This document shows positions 20,529 to 29,860 of a stretch of 64,000 bases of DNA, one piece after another. The notes beneath the pieces are model-generated. The model was not told the origin of the DNA and did not search any database. It saw nothing but the letters and a program-made list of their open reading frames with translations. This DNA is from Planctomycetota bacterium (GTDB lineage: Bacteria; Planctomycetota; B143-G9), in contig JAXHMW010000011.1 in the NCBI GenBank assembly GCA_034521065.1, forward strand, positions 54,148-118,147, in the 5' to 3' direction. Both the position numbers and the translations under genes were made by a program. How positions within the stretch are numbered: position 1 is the first letter of the stretch; every line of letters begins with the position of its first letter.

Positions 20529-21377
20529 TTAAAAAATCAGCTCCATGTGCTCTTCCAGGTAGTCTCTGCTTGCGATGAGCACGCTTCTCGCCCGGCTTCG
20601 CGGTTCCTCTACGACTGCCATAGTCCAGCCTTCGAACTCTCGTTCGCTGAGGAAATCCCAGGCGCGCTTCATCTGGGAAAGCCCCCTTCCGAACGGAACA
20701 CCTACTGGCTGGTAGATACGGTCCTCGCTCTTGCGGGCCTTCCTGATGTCTTTCGCACGACCGATCATGCGACGGTCGAGGACATCCCGGAAACGAACAT
20801 AAGGAATACGGTCGAAGTACTTGTCCATGAGTTCTACGGAATCCACAAGACTCGCACGGCATTCGCCGATGTCAACGCAGAGCTTGACCTTGTCGGAGGA
20901 GGTGCTCTCCATAAGCCGGTCGATATCCTCCGCACTCGAGACGATGGTGCCATGGAACGGCATTACACAGAGGGTGATGGATGAGTCGAGGGATCTTTCG
21001 CCGAGTTCCTCGAGGGATTCGACGAGGTTTTTCCAGTCCTGGTCCGTGTTGCCTTCCGGCCTTCTCGGGCCACAGGTAACTACCAGAAACTGGGCGCCCA
21101 CGTTGTGAAGGAACCTTGCGATGTTCATATCAATCTCGACCTCTTCCTCTCGTTTATCATCAATGAGGAAGTTGGACTGATTGACTATCGCGATAAGTTC
21201 GATATCGGTGCGGGCGAGTATTTCGGAAAAGACATCGATCCTGTCTTCGTAACGACTTACGAGGTGAGGAGTGCCTTCAAACCCGGGAAAACCGAATTCC
21301 GAAATCTCCTCTATCCCCTGAATGAGGGTCTCATTATTCCAATAAATAAGGCTGAAACCGACCAGTATCTCGTGCAT
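20529..21377 (-). CDS. Xylose isomerase-like TIM-barrel protein (sugar phosphate isomerase/epimerase family)
   Basis: 282 aa. The pattern AQFLVVTCGP ... TLCVMPFHGT ... LCVDIGEC is consistent with this barrel family. The specific function is unknown. Confidence 0.6.
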   Translation of the reverse strand: MHEILVGFSLIYWNNETLIQGIEEISEFGFPGFEGTPHLVSRYEDRIDVFSEILARTDIELIAIVNQSNFLIDDKREEEVEIDMNIARFLHNVGAQFLVVTCGPRRPEGNTDQDWKNLVESLEELGERSLDSSITLCVMPFHGTIVSSAEDIDRLMESTSSDKVKLCVDIGECRASLVDSVELMDKYFDRIPYVRFRDVLDRRMIGRAKDIRKARKSEDRIYQPVGVPFGRGLSQMKRAWDFLSEREFEGWTMAVVEEPRSRARSVLIASRDYLEEHMELIF

Positions 21378-21454
21378 TTACTCTCCTGACGTGGCGTTCT
21401 GACTGGAAAACCAGACCTTTTCAACAGCCCGGACTGATAAGTGGTCCGCCTTCG

Positions 21455-22984
21455 CTATTTCAACTGTCCTTTAAGGACTTTTCCGCTCGGACTCCTCGGT
21501 ATCTCTTTGAGAACCTCGATAACAAGCGGCACCTTGTAGGAGGGCAACCTCTGGAAACAGAACTTCTTGATATCTAACGTTTTAACCGATTCAAGCGATT
21601 TGGGCACCACGAAGGCCTTAACCGCTTCGCCGAATATTTTGTTAGGTTCGCCCACCACAGCGCAGTCCCTGACATCCGGATGAGCCGAGAGAACGCTCTC
21701 TACCTCGGATGCATAGACATTTTCGCCGCCGACGATGATAAGGTCGGTCGAGCGGCCCTTGAGAAAGATGTAGCCGTCCTCGTCAACCACTGCAAGGTCG
21801 CCGGTACGGAACCAATCGCCCCTGAAACGCTCTTCGAGCTTGCCCGACAGGTGCAGGTAGGAGCTGACGATGTGCTCGCGACCGATCTCAAGCTCACCCT
21901 CCACACCTGCTTCGGCTTCTTCACCGTTCGTTGCCACCCTCATCCTGACGCCTTCGAGCGGCCTGCCGATGGAGTCCGGTCTGTCTGCAAGTTCCTCGCT
22001 CCTGCAGCGGGTGAGAATGGAGGTCGTCTCGGTCAGACCATAGAAGTTCACAAGCTCGCAGAAAGGAAAGAGGCTCGAAAGCCTGGAGAGAGTGCTTTCG
22101 GATATCGGTGAACCAGAAAAAGCTATCAGGCGCAGGGATGAGAACTTGGAAACCGTCAATTCACTGTAAGAGGTTAGCAGATTGAGAGTCGTGGGCACAG
22201 TGATGAACGTCGTTGCACCGGTGTTCTGGACAAGATCCTCGAGATAGCCTGGAGTAATCTGGTCGTCGAGCACACAGGTGGAGGAGTTGTAAACCGAAGT
22301 CGGAAATATGCTCTCCAAACCGGTGCAGTGAAACAGGGGAACAGTTAGCATATGGACATCTTCCTCGGCGAAGTCGAAGACCTGCTGCGTCATGCTGATG
22401 TTGTTGAGCATATCGCCGTGGCGTATGACCGCGCCCTTCTGCTTGCCGGCCGTACCGGACGTGAAAAGTACCGCGGCAATCTCGTCGTTGGTAATCGGTT
22501 CGCCCTCGAAGTCTTCGAATTGATTGGCCGTAATAATTTCGTCGAAGTTGTTCCAGTCGGGCTCGTTGGTCTGCACTCCGAACCTGTGGTGGATGTAGGC
22601 GTGAGACATGATCAGCGGTTCCACGTTCTTCTTGAGCTTATTCGAGGTGACGATGGCCACCGGCTTCACGAGCCTGAACAACTCATCGAACTGCTGGGCC
22701 TTCAAGCGTGTGTTGAGCGGGACAGGAATGGCCTTCGCTTTCTGAGCAGCAAGAAAGGAGACGATGAACTCGATTCTGTTAGAAAGCACAATGGCGATGC
22801 GGTCGCCTGCAGCGATTCCGAAGTCCTCCACAAAGGACTTCGCGAGGGCGTTCACCATGCTCTCGACCTCGTAATACGTGAACTCCAAGTCACGGTATAT
22901 GAAGGCGGGCTTGTCGGGGTTCGAGTTTGCGGTCTGTTCCCACAATTCGACGAAGTTACTGCATCCGTTCAATTCATTGAGCAT
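21455..22984 (-). CDS. AMP-dependent synthetase/ligase (acyl-CoA or acyl-ACP synthetase)
   Basis: 509 aa with adenylate-forming motifs LFTSGTAGKQKGAV, YGLTETT, GDWFRTGDLAVVDEDGY and PRSPSGKVLK. Confidence 0.85.
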   Translation of the reverse strand: MLNELNGCSNFVELWEQTANSNPDKPAFIYRDLEFTYYEVESMVNALAKSFVEDFGIAAGDRIAIVLSNRIEFIVSFLAAQKAKAIPVPLNTRLKAQQFDELFRLVKPVAIVTSNKLKKNVEPLIMSHAYIHHRFGVQTNEPDWNNFDEIITANQFEDFEGEPITNDEIAAVLFTSGTAGKQKGAVIRHGDMLNNISMTQQVFDFAEEDVHMLTVPLFHCTGLESIFPTSVYNSSTCVLDDQITPGYLEDLVQNTGATTFITVPTTLNLLTSYSELTVSKFSSLRLIAFSGSPISESTLSRLSSLFPFCELVNFYGLTETTSILTRCRSEELADRPDSIGRPLEGVRMRVATNGEEAEAGVEGELEIGREHIVSSYLHLSGKLEERFRGDWFRTGDLAVVDEDGYIFLKGRSTDLIIVGGENVYASEVESVLSAHPDVRDCAVVGEPNKIFGEAVKAFVVPKSLESVKTLDIKKFCFQRLPSYKVPLVIEVLKEIPRSPSGKVLKGQLK

Positions 22985-23041
22985 GATATGCGACCTTTCG
23001 AGTTCGTCCCATTCACAAGGCTCCGGGAAGGAAGCGAGAAA

Positions 23042-23581
23042 CTATCCCGGCTTGACATCGAACAGGCTTCCGGCCCTGTAAATCTCCATCTGGACATCGG
23101 AAAACGGTTCGGCAGAGAATTGTATCTCTTTATCAGGGCAGTTTACCACGCCTTTTGCTATATCCACTACTATCACATCTCCCGTTTCTATTCCGCTTTT
23201 CGTGATACCGGGAGCGACGAGCAGCGGGAAGCCGCTGTTGATGGCGTTTCTGCGGTAAATGGCGCCTGCCGATTCGACAACGAGGCACGATACACCGAGA
23301 GCGCGGAAGCATTCCACTGCGTGTTGGCGGCTCGAACCACAGCCGAAGTTTTTGGCGGCTATGACTATGTCACCGGCAGAGACCTTTTGAGGGAAATCCT
23401 CCCATCCCTCGAGGTTGCCCAGCGCGTAACGACCCATTTTCTCCACCTCGGTCTCGGCGAGATGGGCGTTGTGGTAGATCATGTCGGTATCTATGTCGTT
23501 GATGGGTTCGCCTTCGGAGTCGGTGAGAACCCAGGCCTTTCCCCTGAACGATTCGGGCTTTTTCGTCATAATGTTCCTCAC
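23042..23581 (-). CDS. Aconitase-family hydro-lyase small subunit (LeuD/HacB-type), pair B
   Basis: 179 aa with the swivel-domain motif AAKNFGCGSSRQHAVECF. 4-nt overlap with the upstream large subunit. Confidence 0.85.
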   Translation of the reverse strand: MRNIMTKKPESFRGKAWVLTDSEGEPINDIDTDMIYHNAHLAETEVEKMGRYALGNLEGWEDFPQKVSAGDIVIAAKNFGCGSSRQHAVECFRALGVSCLVVESAGAIYRRNAINSGFPLLVAPGITKSGIETGDVIVVDIAKGVVNCPDKEIQFSAEPFSDVQMEIYRAGSLFDVKPG

Positions 23582-24813
23582 GTCTTAATGCAGCCGGCAA
23601 GTGCGCACTTGGCCGCGGTTACGGGCGAAGCAAGGTACGTGTTGCCTGCCCCCTGCTTACCTTTGTAGTTTCGGTTGGAGGTGGAGACCATGGTCTCGCC
23701 GGAGCCGGTCATTCCGATCTGGCCGGAAGCGCAGCCCGCACATGACGGGTTGGACACGACGGCACCTGCCGCCATGAGCGCCTCGAGCCATCCCTCGCTG
23801 AGAAGACGCATGAAGATTTTGCGGGAGGACGGAACGACGAATACGTTGACACCATCCGCGACTCGCGAGCCTTTCAGAACCTTCGCGGCGGCCACGATGT
23901 CCTCGTAGCGTCCGTTGGTGCATGAGCCAATGAACACGGCGTCCACCTTGCGATTCTCGACCTCTTTCACTTCCACGATGTTGGTGGGGGATGGAGGAGC
24001 CGCCATGAGAGGCCCGAGCCCTTCGACGTTGATGGTATGAGTCTGCTCGTATTCGGCATCGTCGTCGGCAGTGACCGCCTTCATTTGGCTGTCAGGGCCC
24101 CGGGAAAGCTCTTCGAGCACGGCATCGGTTGGCGTGAGCAGAAGGGATATCGCGCCCATCTCTGTTCCCTGCGAAGCGACGGTGATTCGGCCTGAAAGGT
24201 CAAGCTCGTCAATTGCGGGACCATAAAGCTCAACAGCGCGGCCGAGAGCGCCGGAAGAACCGAAGTGGCGAAGAACTGCGAAGACAACGTCACGCGCAGT
24301 CGCGAAAATCGAGGGTTGGCCCTCGAGCGTGACCTTTATGGACTGCGGCACCTCGAACCACGTTCGGCCGTAGCGGAAGGCATAGGCGATATCACTGTCG
24401 CCCATGCCCTGCCCGAACGCACCAGCGGCGCCCATGATGTTGAAATGACTGTCGGTACCCACCGCGGTGCAGCCGGGCGTTATCTTGCCTTCTTCCAGCA
24501 GCACGTGCGTGCCGATGCCGCTGTCAACGTCGAAGACCTTGATGCCCTGTTCCCGAGCGAACTCGCGGCAAGCCCTTTGATTTTGAGCGTAGGGGATGGT
24601 GTTGGCTGGGGCATTGCAGTCGAAGGTGAAGAAGGTCTTTTCTACGTCGGCGACGGGCTGGTCACCGTAGTGGCGATGGTAGTTCGCGACGACGTTACCG
24701 CCGCCGAAATCGCGAGCGGAGCGGACGTCGAGGTCCATCCACACGATATTGCCCGGCCTGACTTTCTGGTCGGTGTGGCTGCCTATTATCTTCTCGATGA
24801 GCGTGCGTCCCAA
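23578..24813 (-). CDS. Aconitase-family hydro-lyase large subunit (archaeal-size LeuC/HacA-type), pair B
   Basis: 411 aa. Contains MGRTLIEKIIGSH, GTDSHFN and IGSCTNGRYEDI, with cluster-ligand cysteines in NPSCAGCASG. Confidence 0.85.
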   Translation of the reverse strand: MGRTLIEKIIGSHTDQKVRPGNIVWMDLDVRSARDFGGGNVVANYHRHYGDQPVADVEKTFFTFDCNAPANTIPYAQNQRACREFAREQGIKVFDVDSGIGTHVLLEEGKITPGCTAVGTDSHFNIMGAAGAFGQGMGDSDIAYAFRYGRTWFEVPQSIKVTLEGQPSIFATARDVVFAVLRHFGSSGALGRAVELYGPAIDELDLSGRITVASQGTEMGAISLLLTPTDAVLEELSRGPDSQMKAVTADDDAEYEQTHTINVEGLGPLMAAPPSPTNIVEVKEVENRKVDAVFIGSCTNGRYEDIVAAAKVLKGSRVADGVNVFVVPSSRKIFMRLLSEGWLEALMAAGAVVSNPSCAGCASGQIGMTGSGETMVSTSNRNYKGKQGAGNTYLASPVTAAKCALAGCIKT

Positions 24814-24822
24814 TTGAGCCTC

Positions 24823-25938
24823 CTAAATCGCATCGGCAATCGCCTGAGCCATCTCCTTCGTGCCAGTCGAGCCACCCATGTCATATGTACGGTGTTCACC
24901 GGCGGCTATGACCTTGCCGACGGCCTGAAGCACCGCGTCAGCCTTGTCGTGCTCGCCGAGGTGGTCCAGCATTAGCCTTGCGGCCAGGATACAGGCGACG
25001 GGATTGACCTTGTTCATGCCGTAATACTTGGGTGCGCTTCCGTGCGTCGGTTCGAACACCGCGTAGTTGTCGCCGATGTTGCCCGCGGCCGCGAAGCCCA
25101 GACCGCCCACAAGCTGTGCGCAGAGGTCGGATACGATATCGCCGAACAGGTTCGACGTCACGAGGACATCATAGTCCTGCGGGTTCTTTACGAGCCACAT
25201 GCACATGGCGTCTATGTTGGTCTCCCACAGGGGGATATCGTAACTTTGCGCAATTGCCCGGGCGGTGCGAAGCATGAGTCCGCTCGTCTCCCGTATCACG
25301 TTGGGCTTCTCGACCACCGTTACAGAATCGCGCGAATGTTCTCGGGCGAACTCGAATGCCTTGCGGATAATGCGCGAGGCACCGCGCTTCGTTATGATGC
25401 GCAGCGATACGGCCATCTCGTCGTCGGGCACATCCGCGAACTTCTGCATCCTGGGATGCGAGTTCTGAACGACCTTTCGCACCTCACCGCCGAACGGGTA
25501 GAACTCGACTCCGCTGTAGAGGTCCTCGGTGTTCTCGCGAAAGACTACGAGGTCTATATCGTCACGGTAGTTCAGGGGATTGCCCGGAAAAGCCTTGCAG
25601 GGGCGCATGTTGGAATAGAGCTGGTACTTCTGGCGCATCTGGACGATGGGAGAGTAGTAAACTAATCCCCTGCCCTTCAGCTCGGGCGCAAGTTCCCTGT
25701 CGGCCTCCTCCTTGGGTTTGGAGGTTATGGCTCCGAACATGGCGCAATCAGTGTTCTCGATGACCTCGAGGGTTCGTTCGGGAAGCGGAGTGCCTTCCTT
25801 GCACCAGAACTCCCAGCCGACATCGGCGTGAACGTATTCGGCCTCGAAGCCGACCCTGTCGAGGACGAGCAGAGCGGCATCCATGACATCGGCACCGACT
25901 CCGTCTCCGGGCATCCAGGCTATCCTGTGGTCAGACAT
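24823..25938 (-). CDS. Isocitrate/3-isopropylmalate/homoisocitrate-type beta-decarboxylating dehydrogenase
   Basis: Start set at MSDHRIAWMPGDGVGADV, preceded by GGAGGA. The family signature is SNLFGDIVSDLCAQLVGGLGFAAAGNIG. Confidence 0.85.
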   Translation of the reverse strand: MSDHRIAWMPGDGVGADVMDAALLVLDRVGFEAEYVHADVGWEFWCKEGTPLPERTLEVIENTDCAMFGAITSKPKEEADRELAPELKGRGLVYYSPIVQMRQKYQLYSNMRPCKAFPGNPLNYRDDIDLVVFRENTEDLYSGVEFYPFGGEVRKVVQNSHPRMQKFADVPDDEMAVSLRIITKRGASRIIRKAFEFAREHSRDSVTVVEKPNVIRETSGLMLRTARAIAQSYDIPLWETNIDAMCMWLVKNPQDYDVLVTSNLFGDIVSDLCAQLVGGLGFAAAGNIGDNYAVFEPTHGSAPKYYGMNKVNPVACILAARLMLDHLGEHDKADAVLQAVGKVIAAGEHRTYDMGGSTGTKEMAQAIADAI

Positions 25939-25975
25939 CTGTTCCTCCGTGATGTGTGCTTTCTTGGCGGCAAAA

Positions 25976-26473
25976 TCATCTATTTTCGATTCCGAGCAGC
26001 TTTCTCGTGTAGGGGATGAGCCCTCCGCATGAGAGTATCCTCGCCACTTCTCCCGCAAAGGGCGGAAAGGTAAACTCGCCCTTATCACAGAGAAGGACGC
26101 CGTTCTCGAGGTCTATCTCGATCGTCTCTCCGTCTTGTATAACGTCTGCTGCCTCTGACTGTATCGGCACGAGCCCGGAATTGATGCAGTTGCGGTAGTA
26201 TATTCGCGAAAACGAACGGGCCACGACGGCACGGATACCGGCCTCTCGCAGGCAAATCACCGCCTGTTCACGAGAGGAACCGCAGCCGAAATTGCTGCCA
26301 GCCACCACAATATCGCCCTCGCTCACACGCTCGGAGAAGGACGGGTCGAGGTCCTCCATGGCGTGCTGCGCCATCTCAGAGGGTTCCGATACGGTATAGG
26401 TGTATTTTCCGGGGAAGATAACATCGGTGTTGATGTCGTCACCGTACTTGAAGCATCTGCCGTTAATTTTCAC
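25976..26473 (-). CDS. Aconitase-family hydro-lyase small subunit (LeuD/HacB-type), pair A
   Basis: GTG start (VKINGRCFKYGDDINTDVI) in a GTGA overlap with the large-subunit stop, with GGAGG upstream. Motif GSNFGCGSSREQAVICL. Confidence 0.8.
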   Translation of the reverse strand: MKINGRCFKYGDDINTDVIFPGKYTYTVSEPSEMAQHAMEDLDPSFSERVSEGDIVVAGSNFGCGSSREQAVICLREAGIRAVVARSFSRIYYRNCINSGLVPIQSEAADVIQDGETIEIDLENGVLLCDKGEFTFPPFAGEVARILSCGGLIPYTRKLLGIENR

Positions 26474-27741
26474 AATACACCTCCGTCGGGACGGGGGTCT
26501 GCGATTGACCCGGCAACCGAGGACGCCGCGACGGTTGCGGGAGAAGCGAGGTAGATAAAGGATTCCTTGCAGCCCATCCGCCCCCTGAAATTGCGGTTGG
26601 CGGTGGAAATGCACGCTTCTCCCGGGGCGAGTGCACCCTCGTGTGCGCCGAGACACGGTCCGCAGCCCGGGTTCATCAGCACCGCTCCGGCTTCGAGAAA
26701 CACCTCGTGCAACCCTTCATCATACATCTGCTTCGCCACACGGTTGGAGGCGGGAAAGACGAGAAGGCGCGTTCCATACGCCACCTTCCTGCCCCTGAGA
26801 ACCTCGGCCGCGACTCTGAGGTCTTCGATTCGACCGTTGGTGCAAGTTCCGATCAGCGCCTGGTGGACAACGGTTCCGGCCTTCTGCGATGCAGTCGCGT
26901 AGTTGTCTACGGTGTGCGGACATGCAAGGCCCGGCACAAGCCCTGTCAGTTCGTAATGAAGCGTGCGCTCGCAGGTCGCATCTTCATCCGCCCGGAGGTC
27001 AACCCGGTCGTATCGGGGAGAGCATTGTGCAAGCCACCTCTCGGTCTCTTCGTCCGGTGCGAAAACCGCGTTCTTGGCTCCCATCTCGGCTGCCATGTTG
27101 CACAGAAGCATTCTGTCGCTCATGGAAAGGTTCGAAACCCCATCGCCGGCAAACTCGACAGACCTGTACAGCGCACCGTCGGCACCGATGTCTCCGATAA
27201 TTTTCAGCGCGAGGTCCTTGGCGCATACACCCGGGGGGAATTCGCCGGACAGTTCGATGCGAATGGTCGCGGGCACGCGCATCCAGATTCGTCCGCTGGC
27301 CCAAACCGCAGCCGCCTCGGTGCGGCCTATTCCGACGGCGAACGCTCCGAACGCACCGGCAGTGCAGGTGTGCGAGTCGCTTCCCACAACGATGCCGCCC
27401 GGTACGGCGAAGCCCTCTTCAGCGAGTACCTGGTGGCACACACCTCGCTCGACATCAAAGAAGGCCTCGATGCGTTGGTTCCGAACGAAGTCACGGACGC
27501 GGCGGTGGTTGGCCGCGTACTTCTCATTGGCCGCAGGAACGCAGTGGTCGAGAGCAATGAATATTCTCGACGGATAACGAACCCTGTCAACGCCGATTGC
27601 AGAAAAGTTGGAGGCGATGGCCGCAGAGTTGTCGTGCGAAAGGCATACATCGGGATCTACGAAAACTACCTCGCCTTCCTGCACGCTGTCGCGTCCGGAA
27701 GCGTGCGCGAGTGCTTTCTGCGCGAAGGTCAATTTGCTCAT
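26470..27741 (-). CDS. Aconitase-family hydro-lyase large subunit (LeuC/HacA-type), pair A
   Basis: Start set at MSKLTFAQKAL (ATGA overlap with the HD gene stop). Contains VGSDSHTCTAGAFGAFA, IGTCTNGRIEDL and NPGCGPCLG. Confidence 0.85.
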   Translation of the reverse strand: MSKLTFAQKALAHASGRDSVQEGEVVFVDPDVCLSHDNSAAIASNFSAIGVDRVRYPSRIFIALDHCVPAANEKYAANHRRVRDFVRNQRIEAFFDVERGVCHQVLAEEGFAVPGGIVVGSDSHTCTAGAFGAFAVGIGRTEAAAVWASGRIWMRVPATIRIELSGEFPPGVCAKDLALKIIGDIGADGALYRSVEFAGDGVSNLSMSDRMLLCNMAAEMGAKNAVFAPDEETERWLAQCSPRYDRVDLRADEDATCERTLHYELTGLVPGLACPHTVDNYATASQKAGTVVHQALIGTCTNGRIEDLRVAAEVLRGRKVAYGTRLLVFPASNRVAKQMYDEGLHEVFLEAGAVLMNPGCGPCLGAHEGALAPGEACISTANRNFRGRMGCKESFIYLASPATVAASSVAGSIADPRPDGGVL

Positions 27742-28310
27742 TTGCCCGCCATGGTCTTGAACGGTGAGAAGAAGGAGAAGTCCGCGTTGTGAACGATGTG
27801 AGCGGCCGGAGTGAAACGTGCGCCCTCGCCTTCCTTCGCGTGAACGGCAATGATGTGAAGCACCTCGTCGGGCAATCCGGCATCGTAGGCGAGCCCGACT
27901 CCGCTGAACGGATGGCGAAGCATTCTGCCGTGCTCGCACTTGACAAACCTGCCGTCAACGCTCTCGTATTCCACGAGCTTTCCGACATCGTGAAGCAGCG
28001 CGCCGGAGGTGAGGATGTCCATGTCGAACGGCATGCGCGAGCCCAGCATATCGCCAAGCTCTTTCGCCGCCGCACGGGCGACTCTCGTAACGCCGCGGAT
28101 ATGCTCCACCATGTTCGCCGGACAAGGGTCAATCAGCAGGGTAAAGGGCATTTCGGCAAGGTCATTCGGCTGCCAGCCGCCCTTTTCCATAGCGCGTTCG
28201 AAAACGGCAAGGGTCTTTTCGCGCAGGGACTTGTCCGAGATGAGTTCGAATTCGGGAAAGAGTTTTACAAGCTCTTCTCTCACTGTTACTCTCCGTTCGT
28301 AATATCGCAT
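27738..28310 (-). CDS. HD-domain metal-dependent phosphohydrolase
   Basis: 190 aa. HIRGVTRVARAAA ... GALLHDVGKLVEY ... HIIAVHA is an HD-motif arrangement. Overlaps both neighbours. Confidence 0.7.
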   Translation of the reverse strand: MRYYERRVTVREELVKLFPEFELISDKSLREKTLAVFERAMEKGGWQPNDLAEMPFTLLIDPCPANMVEHIRGVTRVARAAAKELGDMLGSRMPFDMDILTSGALLHDVGKLVEYESVDGRFVKCEHGRMLRHPFSGVGLAYDAGLPDEVLHIIAVHAKEGEGARFTPAAHIVHNADFSFFSPFKTMAGK

Positions 28311-29077
28311 GGTGCGGGGCCATCATACGTGCAGCGGGACTGGTCTATTGTGCGCATCGGGCGTTCGCGCTTCCGCTCTTCGGAAGAATGAGCCACGAGT
28401 CCCACCACGCGCGAGATGACGAAAAAGGCGTTGGCTACATCTGGCGTGAAGCCGAGGTCGCACAGGACGGCGGCGATTGCGCCGTCAACGTTTATGGGCA
28501 GGTCTCTGCCGAGTTCACGGGCGAGGCTCGCGCGAAAGTGACGGGAGAACTCGCAGTGTTCGCCGAAGTTTCCTGTCTCGGAGGCGACCTCGAACAGCTT
28601 CGCCGAGCGGGGGTCGTCGGTATGAATACGGTGTCCGAAGCCGGGCACGCGAACCTTTTCGCTTCGGCACCTTGCCACGCACTGAGAAGCGGCGTCGGAT
28701 AGGTTGACGGACGAGGCCATGGCCCTGTCAACCTCGCGCATGAAGAACTCCATCGCACCTTCGACCGCGCCCCCGTGGTAGCGATTGATAGCGAGGACTC
28801 CTGACGCCACGCAGGCGTTCAGCGGAGCACCGGTGGATGCGGCGTTTCGGGCGGCAAGTGCCGAAGGTGGAGTAACACCGTGGTCAACGCTGCTTACAAG
28901 CACGGCGTTCACAACTTTCGATACTCCCGGCGAGGGTAACTCTCCGCGCAGAGCGAGATAGACGGTATCGGCGAAGGATGCGCCGCCCATGAGCTGGTCG
29001 ATTCGGTATCCACGCAGACGTATCTCGTTTGGCTGGATGGAGGTTATCGCTGAATGCCATCGGGCAGAGTCGGTCAT
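28286..29077 (-). CDS. Truncated citrate-synthase-family protein (citryl-CoA lyase-like)
   Basis: 263 aa, roughly two thirds the length of a canonical citrate synthase. It retains LVSSVDHG, the catalytic-His block VPGFGHRIHTDDPR and INVDGAIAAV. Confidence 0.7.
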   Translation of the reverse strand: MTDSARWHSAITSIQPNEIRLRGYRIDQLMGGASFADTVYLALRGELPSPGVSKVVNAVLVSSVDHGVTPPSALAARNAASTGAPLNACVASGVLAINRYHGGAVEGAMEFFMREVDRAMASSVNLSDAASQCVARCRSEKVRVPGFGHRIHTDDPRSAKLFEVASETGNFGEHCEFSRHFRASLARELGRDLPINVDGAIAAVLCDLGFTPDVANAFFVISRVVGLVAHSSEERKRERPMRTIDQSRCTYDGPAPCDITNGE

Positions 29078-29107
29078 ACGGTCTCCCGTTCAAGAGGAAG
29101 TGTGTAC

Positions 29108-29860
29108 TCACCGGGGCCAGTCGAGTTCTGCAACGTCCTCGTCGGTCTCGCCGAAACGTTTTCCGGAGACATTCGGCTCGGAGGGAAAGAATAACACGAG
29201 CAGGTATTCGTCATCGGTCGCAGGACGGACAGCCGCACGGAACTGCAGCTCAATTGTAGCCCTCGCCACCATGGTGGCAACAGGCACTGAAGGTCTGTTC
29301 TCATCGTACAGTGTCGAACGGCCAAAAGCCTCGAAAACAAGGGTTCCGGTGCCGGAACATTCGGTAAAGACTCCATCCGGAATTTCCGACAGGTTCGGCA
29401 GAGATATTCCACGAGCATCGGCCTCTGCTTCGGAGAGGTTGGTGTATGCCTTGAGTAAATCGTTGACGCCAAGTTGCCAAAACCTGAGCAGGTGCGAGTC
29501 TGGGCGAAGGTCGAGGACGCTTTTTCGGCCGGAGGCGGTCAGGTAAGCTGTTCTGCCGTCGGGCTCGGTAAGGTTCAGAAACTCCGTAGCGAGGTCGCTT
29601 ATGGCTTCCTTGTCCGGCTCCGAAGTCACTGTAGCCAAACCTTCGGATGCCGATGAACAGGATTCCCGGTCATTCGCTATGACTGCAAGGCAGACAGAAA
29701 GCGCGGAATCGGCGGATATTCGAACGAGCGTGTTGTGCTTCGCGAGGGCTGAGGTGAACCTGTCGGAATTGGATATGGCGACCATCGCCATGGCGGTGAG
29801 AAACATAAGCGCAAGTCCTCCCGCGACGATTATCAGCACTGCTCCTCTCTCGTCTCTCAT
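29108..29860 (-). CDS. Hypothetical membrane-anchored protein in the pseudopilin cluster (PilX/GspK-like N-terminus)
   Basis: Start set at MRDERGAVLIIVAGGLALMFLTAMAMVAI (ATGA overlap with the upstream gene). One N-terminal TM helix. The rest is unrecognised, so the call rests on context. Confidence 0.4.
   Translation of the reverse strand: MRDERGAVLIIVAGGLALMFLTAMAMVAISNSDRFTSALAKHNTLVRISADSALSVCLAVIANDRESCSSASEGLATVTSEPDKEAISDLATEFLNLTEPDGRTAYLTASGRKSVLDLRPDSHLLRFWQLGVNDLLKAYTNLSEAEADARGISLPNLSEIPDGVFTECSGTGTLVFEAFGRSTLYDENRPSVPVATMVARATIELQFRAAVRPATDDEYLLVLFFPSEPNVSGKRFGETDEDVAELDWPR

Noticed and set aside
19286-23668. Long plus-strand ORFs (19286..20311, 22352..23668, and likewise 26641..27792, 40528..41847)
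   Set aside because: Each is antisense to a gene with clear family signatures (Spt-like, acyl ligase/LeuD, LeuC-like, ComB/HgdB-like) and has no motifs of its own. These are shadow ORFs.
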